Below the pieces are notes generated by a model, which worked only from the letters and a program-made list of their open reading frames with translations, was not told the DNA's origin and did not search any database. Source: Candidatus Melainabacteria bacterium 17Bon1m (GTDB lineage: Bacteria > Cyanobacteriota > Vampirovibrionia > Obscuribacterales > Obscuribacteraceae). Taken from it: a stretch of 64,000 bases of DNA. The stretch covers positions 664,874-728,873 of the forward strand of contig JAVLKG010000003.1 in NCBI GenBank assembly GCA_032128875.1, written 5' to 3'. Below are positions 11,776 to 20,086 of this stretch, piece by piece. The position numbers were made by a program, and so were the translations under genes. Numbering within the stretch: the first letter of the stretch is position 1; every line of letters begins with the position of its first letter.

Positions 11776-13575
11776 ATGTTTTCCAACGAGAGCGTCCGTG
11801 CTCCCTATGAGCACGTCAGTCCTATGACACGCCTCTGGGGTTTGCTTGTTGCGGACAAGCACGATCTCGTTGTGCTGCTCGTCTATACCTTAATGACGGG
11901 CATTGTCTCGCTAGCCGTTCCGCTTGCTGCCCAAGCGCTCGTAAATACAATTGCCGCCGGCATATTTCTTCAACCGCTCATCGTCCTTTCGTTGCTTGTT
12001 TTGGCAGGCCTTCTTTTCGGAAGTATTTTGCGACTCTTGAAATTTTGCCTTGTGGAAGAATTACAGCAAAGAATATTCGCGCGCATCACGTTGCGGCTGG
12101 GCGAGCGCATTCCGGTCATAAAAGCTTCAGCTCTCAACACCGAGTACATGCCTGAGCTGATCAATCGTTTCTTTGATGTGATGAATGTTCAGAAATCCTG
12201 GGGAAAACTTCTCCTTGAAGGTCCGTCAGCCTTACTGCAAGTGTTGATTGGCCTTGTTCTCATGGCGTTTTACAGCCCGTTTCTCCTCGCATTTGATGTC
12301 CTGATTATTCTTTTCGTTTTCTTCGCTGTAAGCGTATTGGGAATCGGAGGACTTAAATCGAGCATAAAGGAATCTGCGTTCAAGTATCGGGTGGCCGAAT
12401 GGCTAGAGGACATGGGGCGTTGCCAGACCAGTCTCAAGACCAACGGGATAAGTCATTTTCTCTTCAGGCGCTCTGATGCGCTGGTGCTCAACTATCTGAG
12501 AGCACGTCGTGAACATTTCAGTGTTTTGTTTCGGCAAGCGTTGGGGACTTATTTTTTTCAGGCAGTCGCGAGCGCGGGAATTCTTGCAATTGGTGGTTGG
12601 CTGGTGATCAACAAGCAGCTTACATTGGGGCAATTGGTGGCTGCGGAACTAGTTGTTTTAAACGTGCTATCGGCTCTGGAGAAATTGATCCGCAACTGCG
12701 ATACATTCTATGATTTGCTCACCGGTCTCGACAAGGTCGGTCACCTGACGGACTTGCCTAGCGAACGCGAAGGCGGAGTCACTCTGCCCGAGAGCTCGGG
12801 CGGGCTGAGTGTAGAGTGCATGAAATTGCATTTCTCTTACGGAACAAGAGAAATACTCAGCGATCTGGAGTTGGAATTGCAAGCGGGTGAGCGAGCCAGT
12901 CTCGTTGGTGCCAGCGGGGCCGGCAAGACAACTCTTGCATCCATCATCTGTGGATTGCAGGAAGCGTTGCACGGAACCGTGGAGGTGGGCGGTTTCGACG
13001 TGCGAGATCTAGACCTGAAAGACCTGCGCAAACGGGTCGGTTTGGTTGGGGACATCAATGAAATTTTCGAAGGCACCATTGAAGAGAATGTTGGGCTGGG
13101 CAGACCGACGGTTTCCCATCAGGATATTCGCTGGGCTCTTGATGCTGCACAATTTTCTGATGATCTCGTGCATCTTCCGGATGGTATCAATACGATGCTG
13201 GTTAGTGGCGGGCGAAATTTGTCGCGTGGACAGGTTCAAAGGCTCTTGATCGCAAGAGCCGTAGCCGAACGTCCTCGGCTCTTGATACTGGATGAAGCAT
13301 TCACCGGAATTGATGAAAAAACAAAATTGAAGATCATTGATTCATTGCTCGCTCGCGAAAATGACTGGACGGTGCTCGATATTTCTCACGATGCTGAAGT
13401 CGTTATGCGCTCGGATAAAGTCTATGTGCTCGGTGGCGGCAAAATTAGTGAATGTGGGACGCCGGCAGATCTCGCCTGGCGTAACGAGAGCGAATTTTCA
13501 ACTCTCTTTCCTGACCTGGCAACGCAAATTCGCATGGTCGAGAGAAGAAAAAAAGAGCGTGTGGGGAAACTGTAA
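11776..13575 (+). CDS. Type I secretion-like ABC transporter (TMD+NBD, no C39 domain)
   Basis: Six-TM domain, Walker A GASGAGKT, signature LSRGQ, Walker B LLILDEA; ATG at 11776 after GGAG. Confidence 0.9.
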   Translation: MFSNESVRAPYEHVSPMTRLWGLLVADKHDLVVLLVYTLMTGIVSLAVPLAAQALVNTIAAGIFLQPLIVLSLLVLAGLLFGSILRLLKFCLVEELQQRIFARITLRLGERIPVIKASALNTEYMPELINRFFDVMNVQKSWGKLLLEGPSALLQVLIGLVLMAFYSPFLLAFDVLIILFVFFAVSVLGIGGLKSSIKESAFKYRVAEWLEDMGRCQTSLKTNGISHFLFRRSDALVLNYLRARREHFSVLFRQALGTYFFQAVASAGILAIGGWLVINKQLTLGQLVAAELVVLNVLSALEKLIRNCDTFYDLLTGLDKVGHLTDLPSEREGGVTLPESSGGLSVECMKLHFSYGTREILSDLELELQAGERASLVGASGAGKTTLASIICGLQEALHGTVEVGGFDVRDLDLKDLRKRVGLVGDINEIFEGTIEENVGLGRPTVSHQDIRWALDAAQFSDDLVHLPDGINTMLVSGGRNLSRGQVQRLLIARAVAERPRLLILDEAFTGIDEKTKLKIIDSLLARENDWTVLDISHDAEVVMRSDKVYVLGGGKISECGTPADLAWRNESEFSTLFPDLATQIRMVERRKKERVGKL

Positions 13576-14985
13576 ATGGATTCAACTCAAATTCGCCAGA
13601 TAGAAGATCTTTCGTACAAGGCTGATTACGAATCCCTCAAAGCAGTGACATCGCGCAGAGGCTACGCAGTCATTGCCGTCATGCTTTCCATAACCCTTGT
13701 TTCGTTTGTTCTAATGCTCGTCTATGTTCCCTGGCAACAAAGCGTTGCGGGCACTGGAAAGATCATTATTCTGTCTCCAATGCACAGACCTCACAACATA
13801 GAGGCTCCTATACCTGCGCGCTTGAAGCATTGGTATGTAAGGGATGGGCAATTCGTAAAACAGGGTGAATTAATTGCTGAACTTTCTGATCTCGATCCGA
13901 AATTTCTTGATCCGGAGCAAGGTAAACGTATCACTTTTCAAAAGCACGCTCTTCTTGCACGTAGAGGTGCCGCTTCAAACAGGTTCCATGCGTTGGAAAA
14001 ACAATTGGATAGTCTTAAGCGATCACAGAATGCCGCTGTGCCCTCGGCTCGAGAACGCTCTCATCAAGCCAAGGATCGCATCTGGGCAGCAGAGCAGGGT
14101 GTTGAGGCCGCCAAACAAAATCAGTTAACAGCCAGGCTCAATCTTGACCGCATGCGAGAGCTGCATGAGAAAGGTTTGCGATCAAAACGCGACTTGGAGT
14201 TAGCAGAACTTGAACATACTCGCGGTATCACTGACTTAGAGCGGGCACATGCAGCTCTTGATGTGGCGCGGCGCGATCAGACAGTGGCAGTACTGGAACA
14301 GGAAAAAATTGTCGCGGATACTGATGCGACAATGAGCAGCATTGCTGCTGCAATGGCCGCGGCGCAAGAGACAATAGAGTCGACTTCAAGTGAGATTTAC
14401 AAGCTCGATATTGAGTTACAAAATGTCAGTGCAAGGCACGAACAGCGCAAAGTTTTCGCGCCGTCTTCCGGGAAAATAGTACGGCTACTAACAGTAGGAG
14501 CCGGTGAGACTGTTGATGCAGGAATGGTGCTAGCAGTCATCGCTCCAGAAACACAAGATCTTGCTGCCGAACTGACTATTAGTGACAACGACGCGCCGCT
14601 CGTTGCTGTCGGCAGACCGGTGCGATTGCAATTCGCCGGCTGGCCTGCGTTGCAATTCTCCGGCTGGCCCTCAATTGCGGTTGGCACATTCGGTGGACGC
14701 ATAGCTGTTATCGATGCTGTTGATGACGGACGGAACAGTTATCGCGTTATTGTCAAACCCGATGCAGATGCGATCGCCAACGGAAAAGACGAGCCTTGGC
14801 CCGATGCCAGATTTCTCAGGCCTGGTGCTGAGGTAAGCGGCTGGATCATGCTGGACACCGTCAGTCTTGGCTTTGAGTTGTGGAGGCAATTCAACGCGTT
14901 TCCTCCAACTGTCAAACCGGAGGAACTTGGATTGCACAAAACATCTCAAGGCGATAAGGCAGAAATCAAACGCAAATCGAAGTGA
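13576..14985 (+). CDS. HlyD-family membrane fusion protein
   Basis: N-terminal TM, lipoyl halves (VRDGQFVKQGE; VGAGETV), long coiled coil, VRLQFAGWPALQFSGWP. Confidence 0.9.
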   Translation: MDSTQIRQIEDLSYKADYESLKAVTSRRGYAVIAVMLSITLVSFVLMLVYVPWQQSVAGTGKIIILSPMHRPHNIEAPIPARLKHWYVRDGQFVKQGELIAELSDLDPKFLDPEQGKRITFQKHALLARRGAASNRFHALEKQLDSLKRSQNAAVPSARERSHQAKDRIWAAEQGVEAAKQNQLTARLNLDRMRELHEKGLRSKRDLELAELEHTRGITDLERAHAALDVARRDQTVAVLEQEKIVADTDATMSSIAAAMAAAQETIESTSSEIYKLDIELQNVSARHEQRKVFAPSSGKIVRLLTVGAGETVDAGMVLAVIAPETQDLAAELTISDNDAPLVAVGRPVRLQFAGWPALQFSGWPSIAVGTFGGRIAVIDAVDDGRNSYRVIVKPDADAIANGKDEPWPDARFLRPGAEVSGWIMLDTVSLGFELWRQFNAFPPTVKPEELGLHKTSQGDKAEIKRKSK

Positions 14986-14998
14986 GGATTACGAAGTA

Positions 14999-16480
14999 AT
15001 GCGTTTGAGTCAGAAATTATTGAACTCGATAATATTTCCAATCTCATTTTGTGCGGTGCTAGCCAACGCTGCATTGGCGCAAGACAGTCAGCTCCAAAAT
15101 GTTCCTGTGCCGAGCAATTTAAGAGGCATAGGGCTTCAAGCGCCGGAAGGTAAAAGTTTCACGCTCGAACATTTCCTGAAGCTGGTCGAGAAAAATTATC
15201 CCAAGCTGTTGGCTGCCGATGCCGAGCGGAGAATCTTCAGCGCCAAGCGTCTGGAAAAGGCGGGTGCGTTTGATCCTGTTTTAAGCAGTATCAATGAGTA
15301 TTTGAGAGTTCAAGACACATTCATACCTGGCAAAGCAAAAGACGCTATTCACAATGAATCAAGAATAGATCTTCTGACGCGGTCAGGAATAAAAATATTT
15401 ACCGGTATGCGCCTGAACCCAAATGACACGAAAACACCTTTTGTGCCGACCGGTAAAAGCGGCGAGTATTTTGCCGGTGTTTCTGTGCCGTTGCTCAGAG
15501 GATTGGGCATCAACGAGAAAATCGCTGCTGAGTCGCAAGCCAAATTAGGTGAGCCCCTGGCATTGCAATTATTCGGCGCTACGCGACTGGAAGTTCTTCT
15601 CAAAGCGGCTGCAGTTTATTGGGATTGGGCAGGAGCAAAAGCTCGCGTTGATATTGCGCGAGATCTCCTTTCGATTGCTGAAGCCAGGGTCGGTCAGATC
15701 AAAGAACGTGTAAACAGCGGTGATCTTCCTGCTCTCGATATTGCCGAATCTGAGCAAGAAATTCACAGACGGCAGGCTGCTCTCGTCAAGCAAGAGCGTG
15801 AATTTCAAAAAGCATCACTGCTACTTTCTGTTTATCTATGGGATGAAAATGGCGTTCCTCGTAATGTACCTGGTGTTGAGGACGTACCTGCTCTAAAGCC
15901 CGAGCCTCGTAAATTAGCGGACTCCGAATGGTTGGACGGACGCAAAATGGCGTTGGCACTTCGCCCAGAATTAAAGAAAATTGCTTTGGAGCGAGATCAA
16001 GTAAAAGTCGATTTGCGTCTTGCGGAAAACATGATCCTTCCGTCGATGGATGCATACGTCTTGCAAGGCGCAGACACGGGTCCTCAGGGGATCGGTCCGA
16101 TTGTCAGGGCGGGGGTGGCTGTTTCGGCTCCATTGAGGCAGCGAACCGCAAGAGGCCAGGCACAAGCTGCCAGACTGAAACTTCAAAAGCTAAATCTGGA
16201 TGAGAAAGCCGAGAAATTGCGTATTCAAGCCGAGGTGGATGACACAGTTTCAGCCATAAATACTTCATATGAGCGGTGGGCTGCCACTATGGTTGAAGTG
16301 CAGAAAGCAAAGCAGGTGGAAAAGGGTGAGCGTTTGCGCTTTGGTGCGGGTGACAGCACTTTGTTTCTCGTCAATCAAAGAGAAAGAGCTTCTGCCGAAG
16401 CGCAGCTGCGACTGGCTGAGGTACATGTTGAATATTTACAGTCCATGGCTGCTTTTCGTGCTGTCACTTGCAAACTATGA
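14999..16480 (+). CDS. TolC-family outer membrane efflux protein
   Basis: Signal peptide, helical repeats, C-terminal ERLRFGAGDSTLFLVNQRE; follows HlyD. Confidence 0.9.
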   Translation: MRLSQKLLNSIIFPISFCAVLANAALAQDSQLQNVPVPSNLRGIGLQAPEGKSFTLEHFLKLVEKNYPKLLAADAERRIFSAKRLEKAGAFDPVLSSINEYLRVQDTFIPGKAKDAIHNESRIDLLTRSGIKIFTGMRLNPNDTKTPFVPTGKSGEYFAGVSVPLLRGLGINEKIAAESQAKLGEPLALQLFGATRLEVLLKAAAVYWDWAGAKARVDIARDLLSIAEARVGQIKERVNSGDLPALDIAESEQEIHRRQAALVKQEREFQKASLLLSVYLWDENGVPRNVPGVEDVPALKPEPRKLADSEWLDGRKMALALRPELKKIALERDQVKVDLRLAENMILPSMDAYVLQGADTGPQGIGPIVRAGVAVSAPLRQRTARGQAQAARLKLQKLNLDEKAEKLRIQAEVDDTVSAINTSYERWAATMVEVQKAKQVEKGERLRFGAGDSTLFLVNQRERASAEAQLRLAEVHVEYLQSMAAFRAVTCKL

Positions 16481-16513
16481 AAGAACTTTCTTGACTAATT
16501 GTTGTATATATAG

Positions 16514-16533
16514 ATATGCTAATGTTTGCAAAA
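16514..16533. promoter_or_regulatory. Candidate autoregulatory operator of the first ArsR
   Basis: ATATGCTAATGTTTGCAAAA, ending 19 nt before the ATG. Confidence 0.55.
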
Positions 16534-16552
16534 GTCAGAATGAGGACGCGTC

Positions 16553-16939
16553 ATGCCCTACAGAGCAGTTGTGAGCGCGGAGTTGGCAAAGCTCTTCAAT
16601 GTGCTTTCGCACCCGGTTCGCATTCGAATAATTGAAGAGTTGAAGAAAGAAGATCTCGCTGTGGGCACACTGAAAGATATTCTTGGTATTACGCACTCTG
16701 CTGTTTCTCAACAACTTGCTGTGTTGAGAAGCCATCACCTGGTCGTCGAGATGCGTCAGGGGCGGAATGTTTTCTATCATCTGAGAAAGCCGGAACTTGC
16801 TCAGTGGATTATGCAAGGAGTTGGTTTTATCTCACCAGACACAACGGAAGTAGAAGATTTGATGTCTGCTATTCAGAACGTCAAGACTGTTTGGGGTGAT
16901 GAAACTCCTCAGCCTAAGCGAAAAAAACGCGGCGCCTGA
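16553..16939 (+). CDS. ArsR/SmtB-family regulator (no cysteines)
   Basis: LSHPVRIRII, SAVSQQLAVLR and RQGRNVFY winged-helix motifs. Confidence 0.92.
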   Translation: MPYRAVVSAELAKLFNVLSHPVRIRIIEELKKEDLAVGTLKDILGITHSAVSQQLAVLRSHHLVVEMRQGRNVFYHLRKPELAQWIMQGVGFISPDTTEVEDLMSAIQNVKTVWGDETPQPKRKKRGA

Positions 16940-17329
16940 TTATTTCTCTCTAGCCTCTTTTGAGCGAACCTTTTCTTTTTCATCCGACCAATGATTAATA
17001 GCCCTCTGGGCCGCTGACTTGAGTAAATTGGATTCTGAATCGTCAGGGACGATAAGTGGAATTCCTTCAATCAGCCATGTTGCAATTTCAGGTGATGCCA
17101 GCCGGTACAAAATGTTGCGGCCGTCTCGTCTTTCTTTTATTAGTCGCTGCGACTTAAGCAGCGCGAGATGTTGCGAGACTGCGGATTGTCTAATGCCGAG
17201 AATGTCCTGAAGCGAATTAACACATAGCTCGCCTGCCCTCAGCTCGACAATGATGCTGATTCGCACAGGATGGGACAGAGTTGAATACATCGCTGCAAGC
17301 TGTTGCGCAATCAAAGCTCTATGAGGCAT
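16940..17329 (-). CDS. ArsR/SmtB-family regulator, paralog of the adjacent gene
   Basis: LSHPVRISII, SAVSQHLALLK and RDGRNILY; stop codon directly abuts that of its paralog. Confidence 0.92.
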   Translation of the reverse strand: MPHRALIAQQLAAMYSTLSHPVRISIIVELRAGELCVNSLQDILGIRQSAVSQHLALLKSQRLIKERRDGRNILYRLASPEIATWLIEGIPLIVPDDSESNLLKSAAQRAINHWSDEKEKVRSKEAREK

Positions 17330-17358
17330 AAAGGCTTCGTTCCTTGTGATATTTGCAA

Positions 17359-17378
17359 ATGTGCAAGTATATGAATAT
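17359..17378. promoter_or_regulatory. Candidate operator upstream of the second ArsR
   Basis: Minus strand reads ATATTCATATACTTGCACAT followed by TTGCA. Confidence 0.6.
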
Positions 17379-17527
17379 CAAGACACATAAATACTAGCAA
17401 ATATTCGCAGTTTGGGCAAGGCTGGTGTTCGAGCCATTTTGCGCTATTCGATTTATCTAGAAATGTCTTCAGGGCCTTTTGACAAAAGTCTTCGATCCGC
17501 TATACTTGCAATTGTTGAGAGTTTTAG

Positions 17528-17547
17528 ATATTCAAACATTTGCAAAT
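17528..17547. promoter_or_regulatory. Candidate operator upstream of the murF-like/dabB/dabA operon
   Basis: ATATTCAAACATTTGCAAAT, ending 14 nt before the ATG at 17562. Confidence 0.6.
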
Positions 17548-17561
17548 GACTGAGGTGAACC

Positions 17562-18533
17562 ATGAGTGCAACTTTTACAGCTGAAGAAATTCTCTGCGCA
17601 ACCGGAGGACATTTGAAATCAGGATTCGTCGACGAAAGACGAGGTCGGCTGACGTGGGACATAGAAGAGGTAAGGCCCGGTGATTGGTTTATATGCATAC
17701 CCTCTCAATTTGATGATCCACACGACAGGCTCGGTTTGGCATTCGATAGGGGAGCTCTGGGTGTAATAGTCAATCGGCGCAGTCGTTTTTCGTCGGCTTC
17801 GAAGGATGCGACTATCATTTCGGTTTCTGATACAAAGACAAGCATCCTTGAGCTTGCACGCTACTGGCGTTATCGTGTTCAGCCTAAAGTCGTCGGCGTG
17901 TCTGGCAGTTGCGGTCGGCGAGTGACTGTTGCTCTTCTCAGCCGGCTGCTCGAGGGCACTCAAAAAATTCATGTCGCTTTTATGAACAATCTCGGTTGGT
18001 TCTCTTGCCTGGAGGATGTTCTTTCCATGCCGGAAGATACTGAGGTCTTGATCTTCGAAGCCGGAGGAGTAGAAAGAGGCGATGTCAGCCGCATAGGTGG
18101 TTGTCTAGATCCTGATCTGGCTGTCTTGACGCGAGTTGCTCATCCGCTTCCATCCGCAGAGCGTGATGCATTTATTGCATCGCTCTACTGCGAAATACTA
18201 GAGACTCTGCCTAATGGCTCTTCTGAGAAGCTTAGTGCTGTGATTTACGATGATAATTCTGCGGTCCAAAAGCGAGTAGAAGAACTGTTCGATGATCCTA
18301 ACGTGAAGAGGCGTTCGCTGAGCGGAGCTGGAATGTCTGGAAGATTGTCGGAAGCTTCGCTTAAAGAGTTGAGTGCAACCATGGAATCGATTTTTGCACA
18401 ACATGTTACGCAGGCAGAAATCTGGTGCGCAATAGAAGCGGCATCTGCTCTGGGAGCTACAGAGTTTGAGATAGAAGAGCTTTTCGAGTTGCAAAATGAT
18501 TCATGCGACGCTCAATTGAGCCTACTGAAATGA
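17562..18533 (+). CDS. Degenerate, truncated MurF-like (Mur ligase fold) protein
   Basis: MurF-like N-terminus (FTAEEILCATGG, VRPGDWF) and KVVGVSGSCGRR P-loop variant; only 323 aa with no C-terminal ligase domain. Confidence 0.75.
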   Translation: MSATFTAEEILCATGGHLKSGFVDERRGRLTWDIEEVRPGDWFICIPSQFDDPHDRLGLAFDRGALGVIVNRRSRFSSASKDATIISVSDTKTSILELARYWRYRVQPKVVGVSGSCGRRVTVALLSRLLEGTQKIHVAFMNNLGWFSCLEDVLSMPEDTEVLIFEAGGVERGDVSRIGGCLDPDLAVLTRVAHPLPSAERDAFIASLYCEILETLPNGSSEKLSAVIYDDNSAVQKRVEELFDDPNVKRRSLSGAGMSGRLSEASLKELSATMESIFAQHVTQAEIWCAIEAASALGATEFEIEELFELQNDSCDAQLSLLK

Positions 18534-18564
18534 AACGAGGGTCTGATTTTAAGTTATTGAGGAA

Positions 18565-20061
18565 ATGATGAACACGCAGTTTCTTGTTGCAAATGAGCTG
18601 GCGGCACTTCTCGCCGCGCCCCTAGCTCTTCTTCTAAGTTGTTTGGCGACCATTACGTGGAAAACGCGAATACTCATATTTGGTCAGATTGCTGCTTTCA
18701 GCTTTGCATTTTTTGGTCTTTCATGGGGTTTGATTAATCCATCTCTTGTGCCATCTGCGGCAATGCTCAAGCATTTGCCGTTCAATTTGGATGTTGCCTC
18801 GTGTTGCTTGCTTACTGCTATCACATTCATTGCAGCGGTTGTGCTCTCGTTTAGTGATCGATACTTGCTTGGTGACGCTCATCGGCTGAGTTTTTTGCGA
18901 CTGCTTGCATTTATGTCGTCGTGCGCAGCGCTGTTGAGTGTAAGTGACAGTATATGCTTAGCATTTGTTTGTTGGAATGCACTTTCTTTGGGACTCTGGG
19001 CAATTATGCGATTGCACTCTGAGTCTAAAGAGTTCTCAAATGTTGTTCTCGGCTACCACTTGCTTAGCGACCTCGGGTTGCTCGTTGCACTAGTACTGAT
19101 TGTCGGAGGCACTGAAAGCACACAATTTAGCAATTTAACCAGCGCGTCCTTTTCTTTGACGCAGACAATCAATCAGTCGACAAGCTTGGTGGCTTGCTTG
19201 CTTCTGGTCCTCTCTTTCGGCATAAAGTCAGCGCTTTTCCCCTTTCACCGATGGTTGCTGGCTACATTGAATGCCCCCACTCCGCTGTCTGGTTTTTTGC
19301 ATGCCGGCGTGGTGAATGTTTCAGCGATCATGGCCTGGCGATTAATGCCGATACTTCATGAACAAACAGAAATTCTCCTCTTCTGGGGGTTATGGTCGGC
19401 TGTTTCGGCGATTGTGGGAACTCTCGGCATGTCTGCCCAGCCGGATGTAAAACGCAAACTGGTTTACTCAACTGCAGGTCAGATGGGTTTTATGTCTCTG
19501 CAATGTGCTGTGGGCGCTCCTGGAGCGGCCCTTTTCCATTTGATTGCTCATGGACTCTTCAAATGTCAGATGTTCCTTCAATCAGGAAGTGCGGTGGCAG
19601 AAGGATTGAACAGTAGGAAATTCGCCTATGGGCTGCAGGATGGTAGTGAAGGAAAAGGTCTGAAAAATCTGCTGATTGTCGTAACCGTGGCTCTGGCCTT
19701 TGTCTGTTTCTATACGACATGCATCGACTTCGATTGGACGTCGCTGTCAGCTGCAATAACAGCTGCGGCCATTCTGTGTGCGATTCCTGCTCTGGACCGA
19801 GTTGATATGAGGTCTCTTTGTTTATTTTTGCTGACCACATTACTGTTCGGAGTTGCGACCGGGTTTGGGCGTCGCTTCTTCGAAGGGCTTTTACCCGCAG
19901 AATACGCGATAAATGAATGGCTTCTACCTGGTTTTTTGCTCCTCGCTCTGGCGCTTGCATTTGCCCTGCACATCGCTCGAAGAAGCAGCATTTCCAGGGC
20001 CTTATACGTGCACAGCCTGAATGGATTTTATTTGGGCGAAGTGGAATTGAGCCGTAAGTAA
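18565..20061 (+). CDS. dabB: DabB/MpsA-like proton-conducting membrane subunit of an inorganic carbon pump (NuoL/ND5-like)
   Basis: KSALFPFHRWL, APTPLSGFLHAGVVN, STAGQMGFM and HLIAHGLFK; directly upstream of a DUF2309 gene. Confidence 0.88.
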   Translation: MMNTQFLVANELAALLAAPLALLLSCLATITWKTRILIFGQIAAFSFAFFGLSWGLINPSLVPSAAMLKHLPFNLDVASCCLLTAITFIAAVVLSFSDRYLLGDAHRLSFLRLLAFMSSCAALLSVSDSICLAFVCWNALSLGLWAIMRLHSESKEFSNVVLGYHLLSDLGLLVALVLIVGGTESTQFSNLTSASFSLTQTINQSTSLVACLLLVLSFGIKSALFPFHRWLLATLNAPTPLSGFLHAGVVNVSAIMAWRLMPILHEQTEILLFWGLWSAVSAIVGTLGMSAQPDVKRKLVYSTAGQMGFMSLQCAVGAPGAALFHLIAHGLFKCQMFLQSGSAVAEGLNSRKFAYGLQDGSEGKGLKNLLIVVTVALAFVCFYTTCIDFDWTSLSAAITAAAILCAIPALDRVDMRSLCLFLLTTLLFGVATGFGRRFFEGLLPAEYAINEWLLPGFLLLALALAFALHIARRSSISRALYVHSLNGFYLGEVELSRK

Positions 20062-20086
20062 ATATTGGAAAACTACAGGAGGCATA

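Noticed and set aside
18565-20061. Complex I subunit NuoL
   Set aside because: No other nuo genes are present and it is adjacent to DUF2309, which identifies it as DabB-like.
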